Of a stretch of 64,000 nt of DNA, positions 13,516-25,111 are shown in pieces. Position numbers and translations under genes: made by a program. The stretch comes from Octopus vulgaris (Eukaryota). The DNA is taken from the NCBI GenBank assembly GCA_951406725.2, contig OX597816.1:28272001-28336000 (forward strand), given 5' to 3'. Each line of letters begins with the position of its first letter. Within the stretch, counting starts at the first letter, position 1. The notes below the pieces were generated by a model, which worked only from the letters and a program-made list of their open reading frames with translations, was not told the DNA's origin and did not search any database.

Positions 13516-14064
13516 TTAGAAATCGAGCGTATTGTCTTATTAATATCGTTTTGCTGGGAAAAAAAAAATATGTTTAAATATTTAAATGTGCTTTACAAAT
13601 AATTGTCGGAAAGTAAGAAAACAAAAGAAAATGGAGTAGAGAAATCAAATTAAATCAAATATATTTGTATATCCCGAGGTGGAATGTCAGTGATCTTCGA
13701 GTTCTTTGGATTCTATTGTTTTTGTAAATATGCAGCAGAGAGAAGTATTTTTCATCTTTTCTTCTCTCTTAAGACTGATATTTCATTCCTTTGCTTGTTT
13801 TACAGCAACATTGTAGGAAATACAATACATAATGCAGAAGAGTATTGAAAAAAAAAGAGAATAAGCCATTAAGACAAATATGTAAACGTTGTATTATTTA
13901 TTCATACTTTTCCAAGAAATACTTTCACCTATTAAAATGCAAATATTTATGAATTTTTTGCAATATGAATACACCACTACTGACATTTGACCTTCTAACT
14001 TCATGATTATGGTTTTAGAGCCAAATACAGAATTGAAATATATGTCATGGTAATTTGTGATATT

Positions 14065-14460
14065 CTTTTCTACTCTAGGCACAAGGCCAGAAAGTTTTGA
14101 GGAGAGGGCCTGTCGATTAGAATCGACCCCAGTACTCAACTGGTACTTAATTTATCGACCCCGAGAGGATGAAAGGGAAAGCTGACCTCGGCGGAAATTG
14201 AACTCAGAACGAAAAGACCGACGAAATACCTATTTCTTTACTACCCACAGAGGCCTAAACACAGAGAGGACGAACAAGGACAGACAAACGGATTAAGTCG
14301 ATTATATCGACCCCAGTGCGTAACTGGTACTTATTTAATCGACCCCGAGAGGATGAAAGGGAAAGCTGACCTCAGCGGAAATTGAACTCAGAACGTAAAG
14401 ACAGACGAAATACCGGAGCATTTCTCCCGGAGTGCTAACGTTTCTGCCAGCTCGCCGCCT
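14065..14460 (-). mobile_element. Dimeric SINE family B insertion with a 17-bp TSD
   Basis: TSD TGGTAATTTGTGATATT at 14048-14064 and 14461-14477. Head GGCGGCGAGCTGGCAGAAACGTTAGCAC. Two copies of the core CCTTTCATCCTCTCGGGGTCGAT..A.TAAGTACCAGTT, each with a different tail. Confidence 0.85.
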
Positions 14461-14516
14461 TGGTAATTTGTGATATTGACAGAGAACCAGATATGACTAG
14501 GCTATATCTGTTTATC

Positions 14517-14754
14517 TGTTTAAGACGGCGAGCTGGCAGAAACGTTAGCACGCCGGGCGAAATGCGTTGCCGTATTTCGTCTGCCGTTACGTTCTGTGTT
14601 CAAATCCCGCCAAGGTCGACTTTGCCTTTCATCCTTCCGGGGTCGATAAATTAAGTACCAATTACGCACTGGGGTCAATGTAATCGACTTAATCCGTTTG
14701 TCTGTCCGCGTTTGTCTCTTCTGTGTTTAGCCCCTTGTGGGTAGTAAAGAAATA
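14517..14754 (+). mobile_element. SINE family B monomer with a 14-bp TSD
   Basis: TSD TATATCTGTTTATC at 14503-14516 and 14755-14768. Head GGCGAGCTGGCAGAAACGTTAGC, B-box-like GTTCAAATCCC, core GCCTTTCATCCTTCCGGGGTCGATAAATTAAGTACC. Confidence 0.9.
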
Positions 14755-15170
14755 TATATCTGTTTATCATCTCTAATGCTTCTAGCAAAAAAAACAAAGT
14801 TAGTGGGTTAATTCGACCAAGTAATTGATACGTGCTATTTTATTTACCCCCAATTTTTTTTTTAATGTAAAGTTGTTCGCAAAAAGATTTGAAAGCATAG
14901 GGCACAACAATTTGTTGAACCCTGTAGCGATTCTACCAGTTTCCTTGCATCGTGATACTAATAACTGCTTCTACTATAGGCACAATAACTGAAATTTTGG
15001 GGGAGCGGGATAGCCGATCATATCATCCCCAGTGTTAGACTGATACTTATTTCATCGATCCAAAATATTAATTTCGACAGCATTTAAAATATTTGAACAT
15101 AAAGAGCCGGATAAAATACCACTAATCATTTTGTCCAAAAAGCTAAATATTCTGTCATCACGCCTCCTTT

Positions 15171-15185
15171 AATAATAATAATAAC

Positions 15186-15236
<51 letters not shown>

Positions 15237-15290
15237 GATGATGATGATGATGATGATGATGAAGATGATGATGATGATGATGATGATGAA

Positions 15291-15347
<57 letters not shown>

Positions 15348-15371
15348 GATGATGATGATGGTAATAATAAT
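15171..15371. repeat. Compound (TAA)n-(GAT)n trinucleotide microsatellite
   Basis: Direct reading. Confidence 0.95.
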
Positions 15372-15747
15372 AGATAATCAAGAAAAATGCTTTCAACATG
15401 ATGTATCAATACAAGGCGATGATAACGTTTCTCTGAAAGAAATGGAAAAAAAATCTTTCAAAATACAAATACCTGGAAATAGAGGTAACTCGAAAATGGA
15501 GTCTAATAACAGAGACAATTCCCATCATAGTAAGACAAATACATAGCGATATAAAACCAGAACTACGAAGTATATATAACATACAGAAAACAGCACTACT
15601 AGACAGACACCGGACACATCCTCCGTAAAACAATTTCAATACAGTAAAAATAAGACCATCCCAACAAACCATAGTAGATGCCCAAGGCACACATAGCTGC
15701 GCTCGGTAGAGCAGTGAAAGCACGAGTTAAAAATGATTCTACAGAAT

Positions 15748-15750
<3 letters not shown>
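15372..15750 (+). mobile_element. 3' fragment of an R4/Dong-like LINE ending in (TAA)n
   Basis: DVSIQGDDNVSLKEMEK / SKYKYLEIEVTRKWSLITETIPIIV / IQKTALL..GHILRKT matches the REL-endonuclease C-terminus. It is followed by a short UTR and (TAA)n. Confidence 0.75.
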
Positions 15751-16114
<364 letters not shown>

Positions 16115-18392
16115 AAAACCCCTCTCAGAAGTGGCGCCATACCGAGCACAAACAAAAACAAAGCGAATTACCATAAACGAATACGAAATAGGAGCAAATG
16201 AGTCACTCAGTTTAAAATAACCAAACAGTTATGCCGGGAATCATAGCTACCAAAATATGTAGAGGTGATTTTCGATCTATCAGCCTACGATATGATAAAT
16301 GTATCTATTCGAGGAACAAAGATACGGTGTCAGGTCAAAAAGTCAACTCTGAAAAACAGACCCGTCTCTTGTTGTCACTCTCAAAGCCTTAATGACAAGC
16401 AAAACTTCACGCCAACTTAGTCATCAACCCGGACAACATGGACCGCGTTACTCAGTGGAGAAACAGACTGGGGTCAAAAGTCTGCTGCTGGAACAAGCTC
16501 TAAAAACGATCTACTTGGTAACCAGATCCGGGATAACCCTAACCCTAGGCCTGTAGCGACACCACTAACTTAGAGCAAAACGGATAAAATGGAATGGAGA
16601 GGATTATAGAGATGTGTTGAAAACTTTCTATACAGCCCAACCAAATCCAAACAATTACATCATGGTACAGACTTACATTTCATGGAGAAAATTGATAGGC
16701 AATGAAGTACGGAGACGTGTAGATAGAAATAAACTAAGTCATGTCTTAGAGACATTATTAAGAATAAAAGGTTAACTGACGCTGAAATTAGAAACAATTA
16801 AGACATAAAAACCTCATGGTAGACCAAATCAAAACAGCAACAATGCAGTCGAAATAGGTAACAGATGCACCGAACCCAGTGTAGGAGCAATACATCCCAA
16901 TGAGGAAGCTGATAAATGAATAGCGAAAACAGATATGCAGAAAAAGACGAGAAAGTAGACCTCCCTGTAGAACACCAGAATAGGTATGACACAGAATACG
17001 AGTCGAATAATAAAGAGATCATAGAAGCAAAATACATCATCAATAGAGAACCACTGGCAAAGTTCTCAAACAGCATAAAAAAATAACATTATCATGTTAT
17101 ATCATTTTGCTCTTTGACATATCTTAAGTAATAAAGGAAATGACCTAACAATCTTAAATAACCTCATCTATTCCACTGCTAGAGTTGTAACTGTTCAACT
17201 AGGTATCAGGACGACACAAAAAAGGACCAACCATGAAAATAAATCTCCTAAGTCGAAAGTAGCAACACAAAAAAGAGATCAAATCTCTGCAGGCGGAAGT
17301 ATGACTTCACGATGAACTTGCCAGAGGCGTAAATGTTAAGACGAATCGAGCTAGAAAAATAAAGCAAAAATATATAAAATTTATAAAATCAAAGATTTTA
17401 TTAAGCTCCCTGCAACCAAAAAACAATTGAAACAACGAATACAACTGAAAGCCCAACGGCTTTGAATGCATCACAAAACAATCAAATTTTAACAAAACAG
17501 GATATTCAAGATGGATGCAAAGAATTTTTTTAAGGAAATTGGCAAAAGTAAGATTGAAGTAAAGGAGCCATACAAGACAGAGGGAATGGAAGAGTTCTGG
17601 AAAAAGATACCTAGTGACAAAAAGAATAAAATGCTAAAACTGAAATGATTGAACATGAGACAGGGAGACTGGATGAAGTTGAAGTGCAGAAATTGAAGGC
17701 AATCGGAATAGAAGAGCTAAGATGTGTTCTTAGGAAGTCTCACAAATGGAAAACTCCGTTGCCCCATGATAAAAACAGGTGGAAACACAAACCACTCCAG
17801 TGTTTGAAAATGATCACATCTCACTCCTCTGGAGGCTCACCGTTCCAACTGACAGAAAGGTAGATGTGATTGGGCCAGACATTATACTGAAGGACTTCAG
17901 ATAAAAATCATGCCTCTTCATTGATATGACAGTGCTAATCGGCACAAATGTATCTGTTAAGACCTACCAAAAATTGAGCAAGTACAAAGATCTTGAAATG
18001 AAAATTGGGAAAATGTAGAACCTCAGGACTAAAACAATACCTGTTATTATAAGTGCCCTAGGATTGCTTGCAAAAGGGGTTGATTCCAACCTATATCAGA
18101 TACTAGGAAACCCCAAAATGGCAGTAATTCAAAAGATAGTGCTCATAGGTACTGCTCCTAACCTCTGTAAAATACTATTTATGTAATCTCAAATTTTAAA
18201 ACAAATTTATAATATTCTTATGTTCTCTTAAACATTCTCTGGAACAATATTATATATATGCAAAAGGAAAAATATGACTCCCGAGGCATAACATCAACTT
18301 GAACTTCTAACTTGTTATCTCTTGAGGTCTCCGGGTGAGACTTGGAGTTAATTTGTACAAATAAAAAGCAAAAGTCAAACATATAATAATAA
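16115..18392 (+). mobile_element. R4/Dong-like non-LTR retrotransposon, internally deleted (no RT core), decayed
   Basis: N-terminal RIKWNGEDYRDVLKTFYTA (~16580). CVLRKSHKWKTP is joined directly to LPHDKNRWKHKP (~17755). PDIILKDFR*KSCLFIDMTV and KLSKYKDLEMKIGKM*NLRTKTIPVIISALG mark the REL endonuclease. Ends in ATAATAATAAT. Confidence 0.8.
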
Positions 18393-18393
18393 T

Positions 18394-18530
18394 GGTTTCA
18401 CATTTTTCACAATAGGGTAACAATATTGTGGGAGGAGATGAGTCGATGATATCGAACCGTGTGTTCAACTGGTACTATTTTATCGATCTCAAAAGCTGAA
18501 AGGCATTATCGACCTCGGCGGAATGAGATG
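18394..18530 (-). mobile_element. SINE family B, degenerate
   Basis: CTGGTACTATTTTATCGATCTCAAAAGCTGAAAGGCATTATCGACCTCGGCGGAAT matches the core. Confidence 0.7.
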
Positions 18531-18568
18531 CGAAGCTGACTTTCGTGATTCACCCACAATTCAACATG

Positions 18569-18774
<206 letters not shown>

Positions 18775-18910
18775 GTTTCGAATTTTGGCAACTTTAGTAA
18801 GGAGGTCAGTCACATTGATCTCAATACTAGATCACGAAAGAACGAAAGGCAAACCTCACCTCAGAGGTATTTGAGATCAGAACATAAAGGACTTTTAGAA
18901 ATGCTGTGAA

Positions 18911-19030
18911 GAATATTGTCCAGCGCAGAAAAGATTTTGTCTGGCACTGAAACGATTCTGTCCGGTACGGAAACGATTTTGTGTGGAACGGATATGATTT
19001 TGTTTAGCCCGGTAACGATTTTACAGCTCG
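18911..19030. repeat. 21-bp minisatellite (~5 units) in the head of a degenerate family B SINE (18775-19030, minus strand)
   Basis: Units AAAAGATTTTGTCTGGCACTG / AAACGATTCTGTCCGGTACGG / AAACGATTTTGTGTGGAACGG / ATATGATTTTGTTTAGCCCGG / TAACGATTTTACAGCTCG. Confidence 0.8.
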
Positions 19031-19599
19031 CAGGCTCAATAAGATTCTTAAGAAAAAAAAAATGATAGAAGGAAGAAGTAAAAGTAAAAAAAAAAGAAGC
19101 AGAAGGGGAAAGAGAAGAATACGAAGTAGAAGATGAGGAAGGCGGAATTCATATTAAAATATAAACGAAAAATATTTACTGACAAGGTGGCATTGATAAT
19201 CATCCATATAAAACAACGACGTTGCTAGGCAGTCAAATATGCAGAAGTTACAGGCTGAAGTAAACTGAAATGTGATAAGTTAAGCTCCGAAACGTTGGGA
19301 CAGAAATAAATTTATCATTCTCTGGTGTATTCCACATTGGCTGAGAAGTAAAAGCTAACATTAAGTACGACGTAAAATATAACTGATAGAAAATTATCGA
19401 AATAGCAAAACAAGCCCTCAGGAACATAGCCACGAAATTACATAGAATATAATCAAGTGCAACTACCAAACTTATTGTGTGCAGCTTGAAGACTGAAATA
19501 ATACTAGTGGTCACCAAATGTGCAAGGACTCATAAAAAATGGAAAGGGGAATGTTTAGCAACACTATCAACGGAAGTTCATTCTGTTGGAAACAAACAT

Positions 19600-19860
19600 C
19601 ATACTACGCAATCGATGAATATAATTCGGTCAAAGTTCAACTGGATCCTAGTAATTAAACTCACCCAAGTTTGTAGTGCACCTAAGATACACTTTCAGTC
19701 TCCAACATGTAAACTATTCCCAGGAACACTTCCATGTGCCTGGAGAAATGCGTATACAGTTGGTGGTCTCAAAGCATTGCCTTCACAGCTGGAGAAGTCT
19801 ATGACCATCGACTTACCAACCAGCCCGCATTGGTTCCGCTTAGTTTAAGGAAATGTCAGT
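19600..19860 (+). pseudogene. Possible CR1/L2-type RT N-terminal relic
   Basis: PGTLPCAWRNAYTV resembles G.LP..W+.A.V.P preceding the YRPISL motif. Very degenerate. Confidence 0.35.
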
Positions 19861-20939
19861 GAAGTATATTGACAATACAAGGTCTCTTGATATACAAATG
19901 ACCACGAGACCTAGTTGAAACACTTGACTACAGGTTAATAAACCGACAACGACGACGAGGACGACAACTACAACAACAACATTCATAACTCACATTGATA
20001 TAACAATCTTTATAATAATTACTGAGAATTAGTAAGAAACAGTTTGCCCAGTAATTGAATTAATTATTCGTTTAGCATTGATAACGTCTGCTTGGATAGC
20101 GAACAATATTGAGATAGGAGAGAACTATGTAACACATTTCGTGTGAGACTAGTAACAGCAAATGAATATATTACAGAATTGGATACAACTAATTTAATGT
20201 AGTTTTTAATGAGGATATTATCAGATCAAGACAGTTCAGTATAAAGTGCATGTACACTCCCCACACAAACACTCACATAAACGCTGAAAACATAATCTCT
20301 GACATATTCACGTACATGTAAATATGGAGGTGTTATTTCCGATCTCACATTTACTGCTGATTGCAACCACTTGCAAAACGATATAGCGATAAGATAAAGT
20401 TGGTTATAATTATATCAACAACATACACAGAAATATTAATAGTTATACACTAAGTATTTATATAGATGCATACGCTAATAAACAAATTTCGATTAAGCTA
20501 TCATATATACTCAAACACATTGTCTGTGCAATGTATCAAGCTGCAGCTATAACATATCAACAACAATATATTTTGGTTACGAATTGAACATCTGCGTCCA
20601 TTATCATGTGCATTCCTTCTGCAATTTATCTCTTGCCCAGTGATGATTTTATCTAATCTGTTAAGACATTACTTCTTATACACAATTACAAATATCAGCA
20701 TTTTCACAAAAGCTAATGAACCAGGAAATCGGAGGCACAAGATATAGTTACGAAGTGCATTCCAGTAGTTTTTAGAGTATTTGAAGGGAGAGAGTTATAA
20801 CTGCCTTAGACTATTGCATTTTAGAATATGATTAGTATACATCTAATAAGGTGACTTGCCAACGCTTTTTTTCCTAAATTACAGATTGAAAGAGACAGCT
20901 GTAACAGCAATTACAACGTACATTACTTGTCACATTGCT

Positions 20940-21690
20940 TGTTACAGGTGGCAAGTTTTCAAAATTCATTCGAGACGTGAAAACAACTTGGAAGCTCGCT
21001 ATGACCAAAAACGCTACGAAAGCGTATGAAATACACGAAACTAATTGTATGAGCCAAACATCTGTTTATATCGGGCTCAAGAGTCTCCCGGAAGATAAAG
21101 AGGAGGTGATGGGCGATAACAGGCGAGAAAACGAGAGGGGCATCAGAACATCAGAGCTTTAGATGAAGACTGTTGGGTGTCTATAAAATAAGTAAGCATA
21201 CGGTTTGTAGTTAGTGTGGCATATGTATATAGAATTATTCATGATGTTACGAACAAATGAGTCCAAAGATATTTGCTAGGGGGCTCAGAGATGAACAAAA
21301 AGAAGTAGGCATTGGTGGCAACATAGAAGTGCTGGGGCTCCTTACTTTTGGCGCACAATGACTTGAGTCTCTGCCGATCAGTACTGGATCTGCTTTTATG
21401 ATCTAGAGACTAAGAGACAGAGTGCTCAATGGAATCATCCTGGCTCCCCAAGATCCAAGAAGGACAGGCGAAACTAATCTACCGGGAAACTCATGGTTAT
21501 CTCCTTTTATCGACAGTAAGGAAATCATTTATATCTATTGGCCAGTCGGTCAACAAAATGCCCAGGAAGATATTTCGTCGCAATAGACCAGAGCTGCATC
21601 GCTGGAGCAATACACCAGTCCACAATTCCATCTAGGTAACCAATTACTTGACAAAGTTTAGCATCAAAACTTCCCTTACACTCCCTACAG
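20940..21690 (+). mobile_element. Mariner (DD34D-type) transposase relic
   Basis: KNATKAYE...CMSQTSVY...EDKEEVMGDNR (HTH region). DQYWICFYDLETKRQSAQWNHPGSPRSKK...STGKLMV (first catalytic D). RKIFRRNRPEL...NTPVHNSI*VTNYLTKFSIKT. Confidence 0.8.
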
Positions 21691-22654
21691 AAAGTGCGAG
21701 AGAGTGAATTTGAGAGGGGAGAGGACAAGCGAGGGAGAGGTAGAGAGAGAGAGAGGGAGATGGAGAGAGGGGGAGAAAGATAGAGAGAGAGTAGAGAGGA
21801 AGAGAGAGTGTGTGTATGAGAACAAGAGAACGAGACAAAGAGAGAAAGGGAGAGGTGTTAGATAAGTTCTGCGGAGTCAACAAGAATAGTAGAATCCAGT
21901 ACATGCCCTTTTTTATCTGCAGAAGAATGAAAAATGGCACGGAATTTGGTAATTGCTATGGGTTATTTTATAACTTTCCTTCGATTATTCGTACATACAA
22001 ATATATATCTGTGTATTTGTGCGTACGCGTGAGTGTGAGAGTGCATGCATGCGTGCGCGTCTGGGTGTAAAGAATTATGCAGTAACCAACTTGTGTATTA
22101 AATATAGAAAACTTAGAAATAAACTAATCATTTTCGAAAATGACATTTCGATGAAAATGTGGAACTAAGATCGCATGAATACAATAAAGATGTCCATTTG
22201 AAAAACAAAGCGCCTCATACATATCTTTACATAATCTTTTGTTCACATTTTCAGTGAGAATGCTCTTTTACATTATTCTCTGATATATAATTATAAAATA
22301 TTCAAAACCATGCATTTGCAAATTATTGTAAATGAGAGTGGTAAGAAGAGAAAAGAATTATTGATGCAAAGACAAGAGATTTCAACTTGGCTTTGTCTAT
22401 AGATCGAAGGAGTTGATACGCGACAAGTGTTGACCAATTGTAAAAGAGGGTTTGAACCTTAGGAATGTGTACTTTCAGGGTTGGTATATGCAAATGGATT
22501 ATCCACAATTCTTTGAAGCTACATTTCGATTGATATTCTAGTTGTATTGATGATATTCCAATTCATTTTGACAAAAGCGTTTTGCAATGAATTAGCATTG
22601 GCGTTGGAATAATTTTCGTTAAAATAAATTGGCCATTTAAAGACGTTGCTCTAG

Positions 22655-22815
22655 AGGTTTCTCTTTATTTTCTCTCCTTGTTTCTTTCTGTGTTCTTTTC
22701 TGTGGAAGAGCGTAGGTTCGAAACGTAAAAGACTTTTTCACTTCCCGAGCGTTATACTAATGCATCTGTTCGTTGTCTACACCACCTGTCTTCGTCTTTT
22801 TTGTGAATTCTCCCT
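22655..22815 (+). mobile_element. PLE-like 3' terminal fragment (HHR family A6U)
   Basis: tctttt-CTGTGGA-A-GAGC-gtag-GTTC-GAAA-CG-TA-aaaga (22694-22732), then the conserved tail GAGCGTTA.ACTAAT.CATCTGTT...TGTCTTCGTCTTTT and (TA)n. Confidence 0.75.
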
Positions 22816-22918
22816 ATATATATATATATATTTACGGTTAACATGGAAAATTCAATAAACAGTTACCAGGGTAGCAACATTCACGCAAGTAACAACTGCG
22901 TTCAACTCCATTTATTTA

Positions 22919-22956
<38 letters not shown>

Positions 22957-23019
22957 CACACATACTTATATATATAAGCATATACGTATATAAGTATATA
23001 TGTATACATATAAGCAAAT

Positions 23020-23303
23020 TAGCCAGTAGTAAAAACTCAAAAAGAGAGCAGAGTAGAAACCGTATTAACCACTGAAGCTAATAGCTACATCAAAGTGGTT
23101 GTTCCATGTTACTATTAGTAACATGCCAATTTTTCCGCCAACTGGCTATCGGTGCAGACTGCACACTGAGCATACATATACATTGCTTGCAGCGTTTAAA
23201 CTAGTAGTAATATGGAATATACACTTTGATGTGGTGATTAAATTTACAGGTTAGTACATTTAGTCACTACTATGATCTCTTCTTGAGATTTTACAACTAG
23301 CTA
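23020..23303. repeat. Imperfect inverted-repeat element (~95-bp arms)
   Basis: TAGCCAGTAGTAAAAACTCAA...ACATCAAAGTGGTTGTTCCATGTTACTA pairs with TAGTAATATGGAATATACACTTTGATGT...TTGAGATTTTACAACTAGCTA. A related fragment lies at 24970-25070. Confidence 0.7.
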
Positions 23304-23387
23304 CTTTCTTGCAAATCGGTGACCTCTTTGTTTACTACAAATTGCTGGCTGGAGTGGAATCGGACTGTCTCTCTAGCGACGAGGTGC

Positions 23388-23437
23388 TTGCGACTGAAGA
23401 TGAGCCAAACCAGCTCGAAACTGAGTCAGTCTCGCGA
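23388..23437 (+). ncRNA. Type I hammerhead ribozyme motif, canonical core
   Basis: ttgcga-CTGAAGA-T-GAGC-caaacca-GCTC-GAAA-ctga-g-tcag-TC-tcgcga. All three stems pair. GUC cleavage is predicted after 23431. Confidence 0.8.
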
Positions 23438-23739
23438 TCCTGTTGTCTGTTACGGAATGGTAGGTGTCCGACACCTTCTAGGAATATATATATATATATA
23501 TAAATTTATATATGAGGATAATATCGATATTTAAGTGTCGAAATTATCAAGTGGCCAGCATGAAAGAAATACCTTACAAAGGTAAAAAAATTTTTAACAA
23601 TTAAAAATGAGGGTGTCTAAAAGACACCAACATGCCGAAATAGCAGTCGAAACACTGACTATAGTACCACGTTAAATGTTCATATCGCACCATGAGGTAA
23701 AGCGGAGGGACAAAACATACAAGCAAAAATTATTGAATA

Positions 23740-23799
23740 ATTCAAGATCCAAGGATTTCTGGTTCTGCTTTAGATAAGCTTTACCGTCATCAATTGAAT
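23740..23799 (-). ncRNA. Type I HHR motif (copy in the inverted unit)
   Basis: Reverse complement of the motif at 24708-24767. Confidence 0.65.
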
Positions 23800-24230
23800 A
23801 TATCAAGGGTACATAAATACAGATATATATATGCACAGCAAACGATATACTTACATATACGGGCGTCGTACATACATACATATGCACGTATGGACACAGC
23901 CAGTTTGAATGCCGAAATCACCCATAAGCCACCGCATTATAATAACGAATTATTTATATATGAGGATAATCGTTTGCAAATTATCAAGTGCACATGAAAA
24001 AATACTTTTATGACTTTAACGTACTATGTGTGTTGACTATTTCGGCATTAAAATAATACCGCATGATAATTTCGAACGAATTATTAATATAAATTTATAT
24101 AATTCGTTATTATATTCACTGGTCTATAACCATATCATAGGTGATTTGGCCGATTGGCTGTGTCCATTGCATATGAGGATATATGTAAGTATATCGTTGC
24201 TGTGCATATTTATTTATGTCCCTTGATATA

Positions 24231-24288
24231 TTCAATTGATGACGGTAAAGCTTATCTAAAGCAGAACCAGAAATCCTTGGATCTTGAA
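24231..24288 (+). ncRNA. Type I HHR motif (tandem unit 1)
   Basis: ttcaa-TTGATGA-cggt-aaagcttatctaaagcaga-acca-GAAA-tccttgg-ATC-ttgaa. C3U variant; AUC site after 24283. Confidence 0.65.
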
Positions 24289-24707
24289 AGAATAATTTTT
24301 GCTTGTATGTTTTGTCCCTCCGCTTTACCTCATGGTGCGATATGAACATTTAACGTGGTACTATAGTCAGTGTTTCGACTGCTATTTCGGCATGTTGGTG
24401 TCTTTTAGACACCCTCATTTTCAATTGTTAAAAATTTTTTTACCTTTGTAAGGTATTTCTTTCATGCTGGCCACTTGATAATTTCGACACTTAAATATCG
24501 ATATTATCCTCATATATAAATTTATATAATTCGTTATTATATTCACTGCGGTGCTTATTTTAACCATATCGTACTTATGCGGTGATTTGGCGGGCGATTC
24601 AAACTGGCTGTGTCCATACGTGCATATGTATGTATGTACGACGCTCGTATATGTAAGTATATCGTTTGCTGTGCATATATATATCTGTATTTATGTACCC
24701 TTGATAT

Positions 24708-24767
24708 ATTCAATTGATGACGGTAAAGCTTATCTAAAGCAGAACCAGAAATCCTTGGATCTTGAAT
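24708..24767 (+). ncRNA. Type I HHR motif (tandem unit 2)
   Basis: attcaa-TTGATGA-cggt...acca-GAAA-tccttgg-ATC-ttgaat. The predicted site is after 24761, 478 nt downstream of the unit 1 site. Confidence 0.65.
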
Positions 24768-24909
24768 TATTCAATAATTTTTGCTTGTATGTTTTGTCCC
24801 TCCGCTTTACCTCATGGTGCGATATGAACATTTAACGTGGTACTATAGTCAGTATTTCGACTGCTATTTCGGCATGTTGGTGTCTTTTAGACACCCTCAT
24901 TTTTAATTG

Positions 24910-24971
<62 letters not shown>

Positions 24972-25111
24972 TGCAGTATTGCACCGATAATCAGCTGATG
25001 CAAGATCTGCACTTAAAATTGTAGTAACATGGAACAGCAACTTTGATGTTGCCATTAACGTTACTGGTATATGTGTTATATATATATACATATAGTAATG
25101 TTTATATGCCA

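Larger units (their letters stand above)
23497..24911. mobile_element. ORF-less ~478-bp HHR-containing unit: one inverted copy plus two tandem copies (retrozyme/PLE-pLTR-like)
   Basis: 23497-~23950 is the reverse complement of ~24100-24527, and 24528-24911 is a direct repeat of the latter. Bounded by (TA)n on both sides. Confidence 0.85.

Noticed and set aside
16533-16547. TAACCCTAACCCTAG telomere-like repeat
   Set aside because: Only about two units, inside the R4-like element, which is insufficient evidence.
18911-19030. Regularly spaced repeats superficially like a CRISPR array
   Set aside because: These are contiguous 21-bp diverged units without unique spacers, in a eukaryotic context with no cas genes; they are SINE-derived.
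20935-21162. VYIG motif suggesting a GIY-YIG endonuclease
   Set aside because: The surrounding residues and the downstream DQYWICFYDLETKRQSAQW show it is a decayed mariner HTH region.
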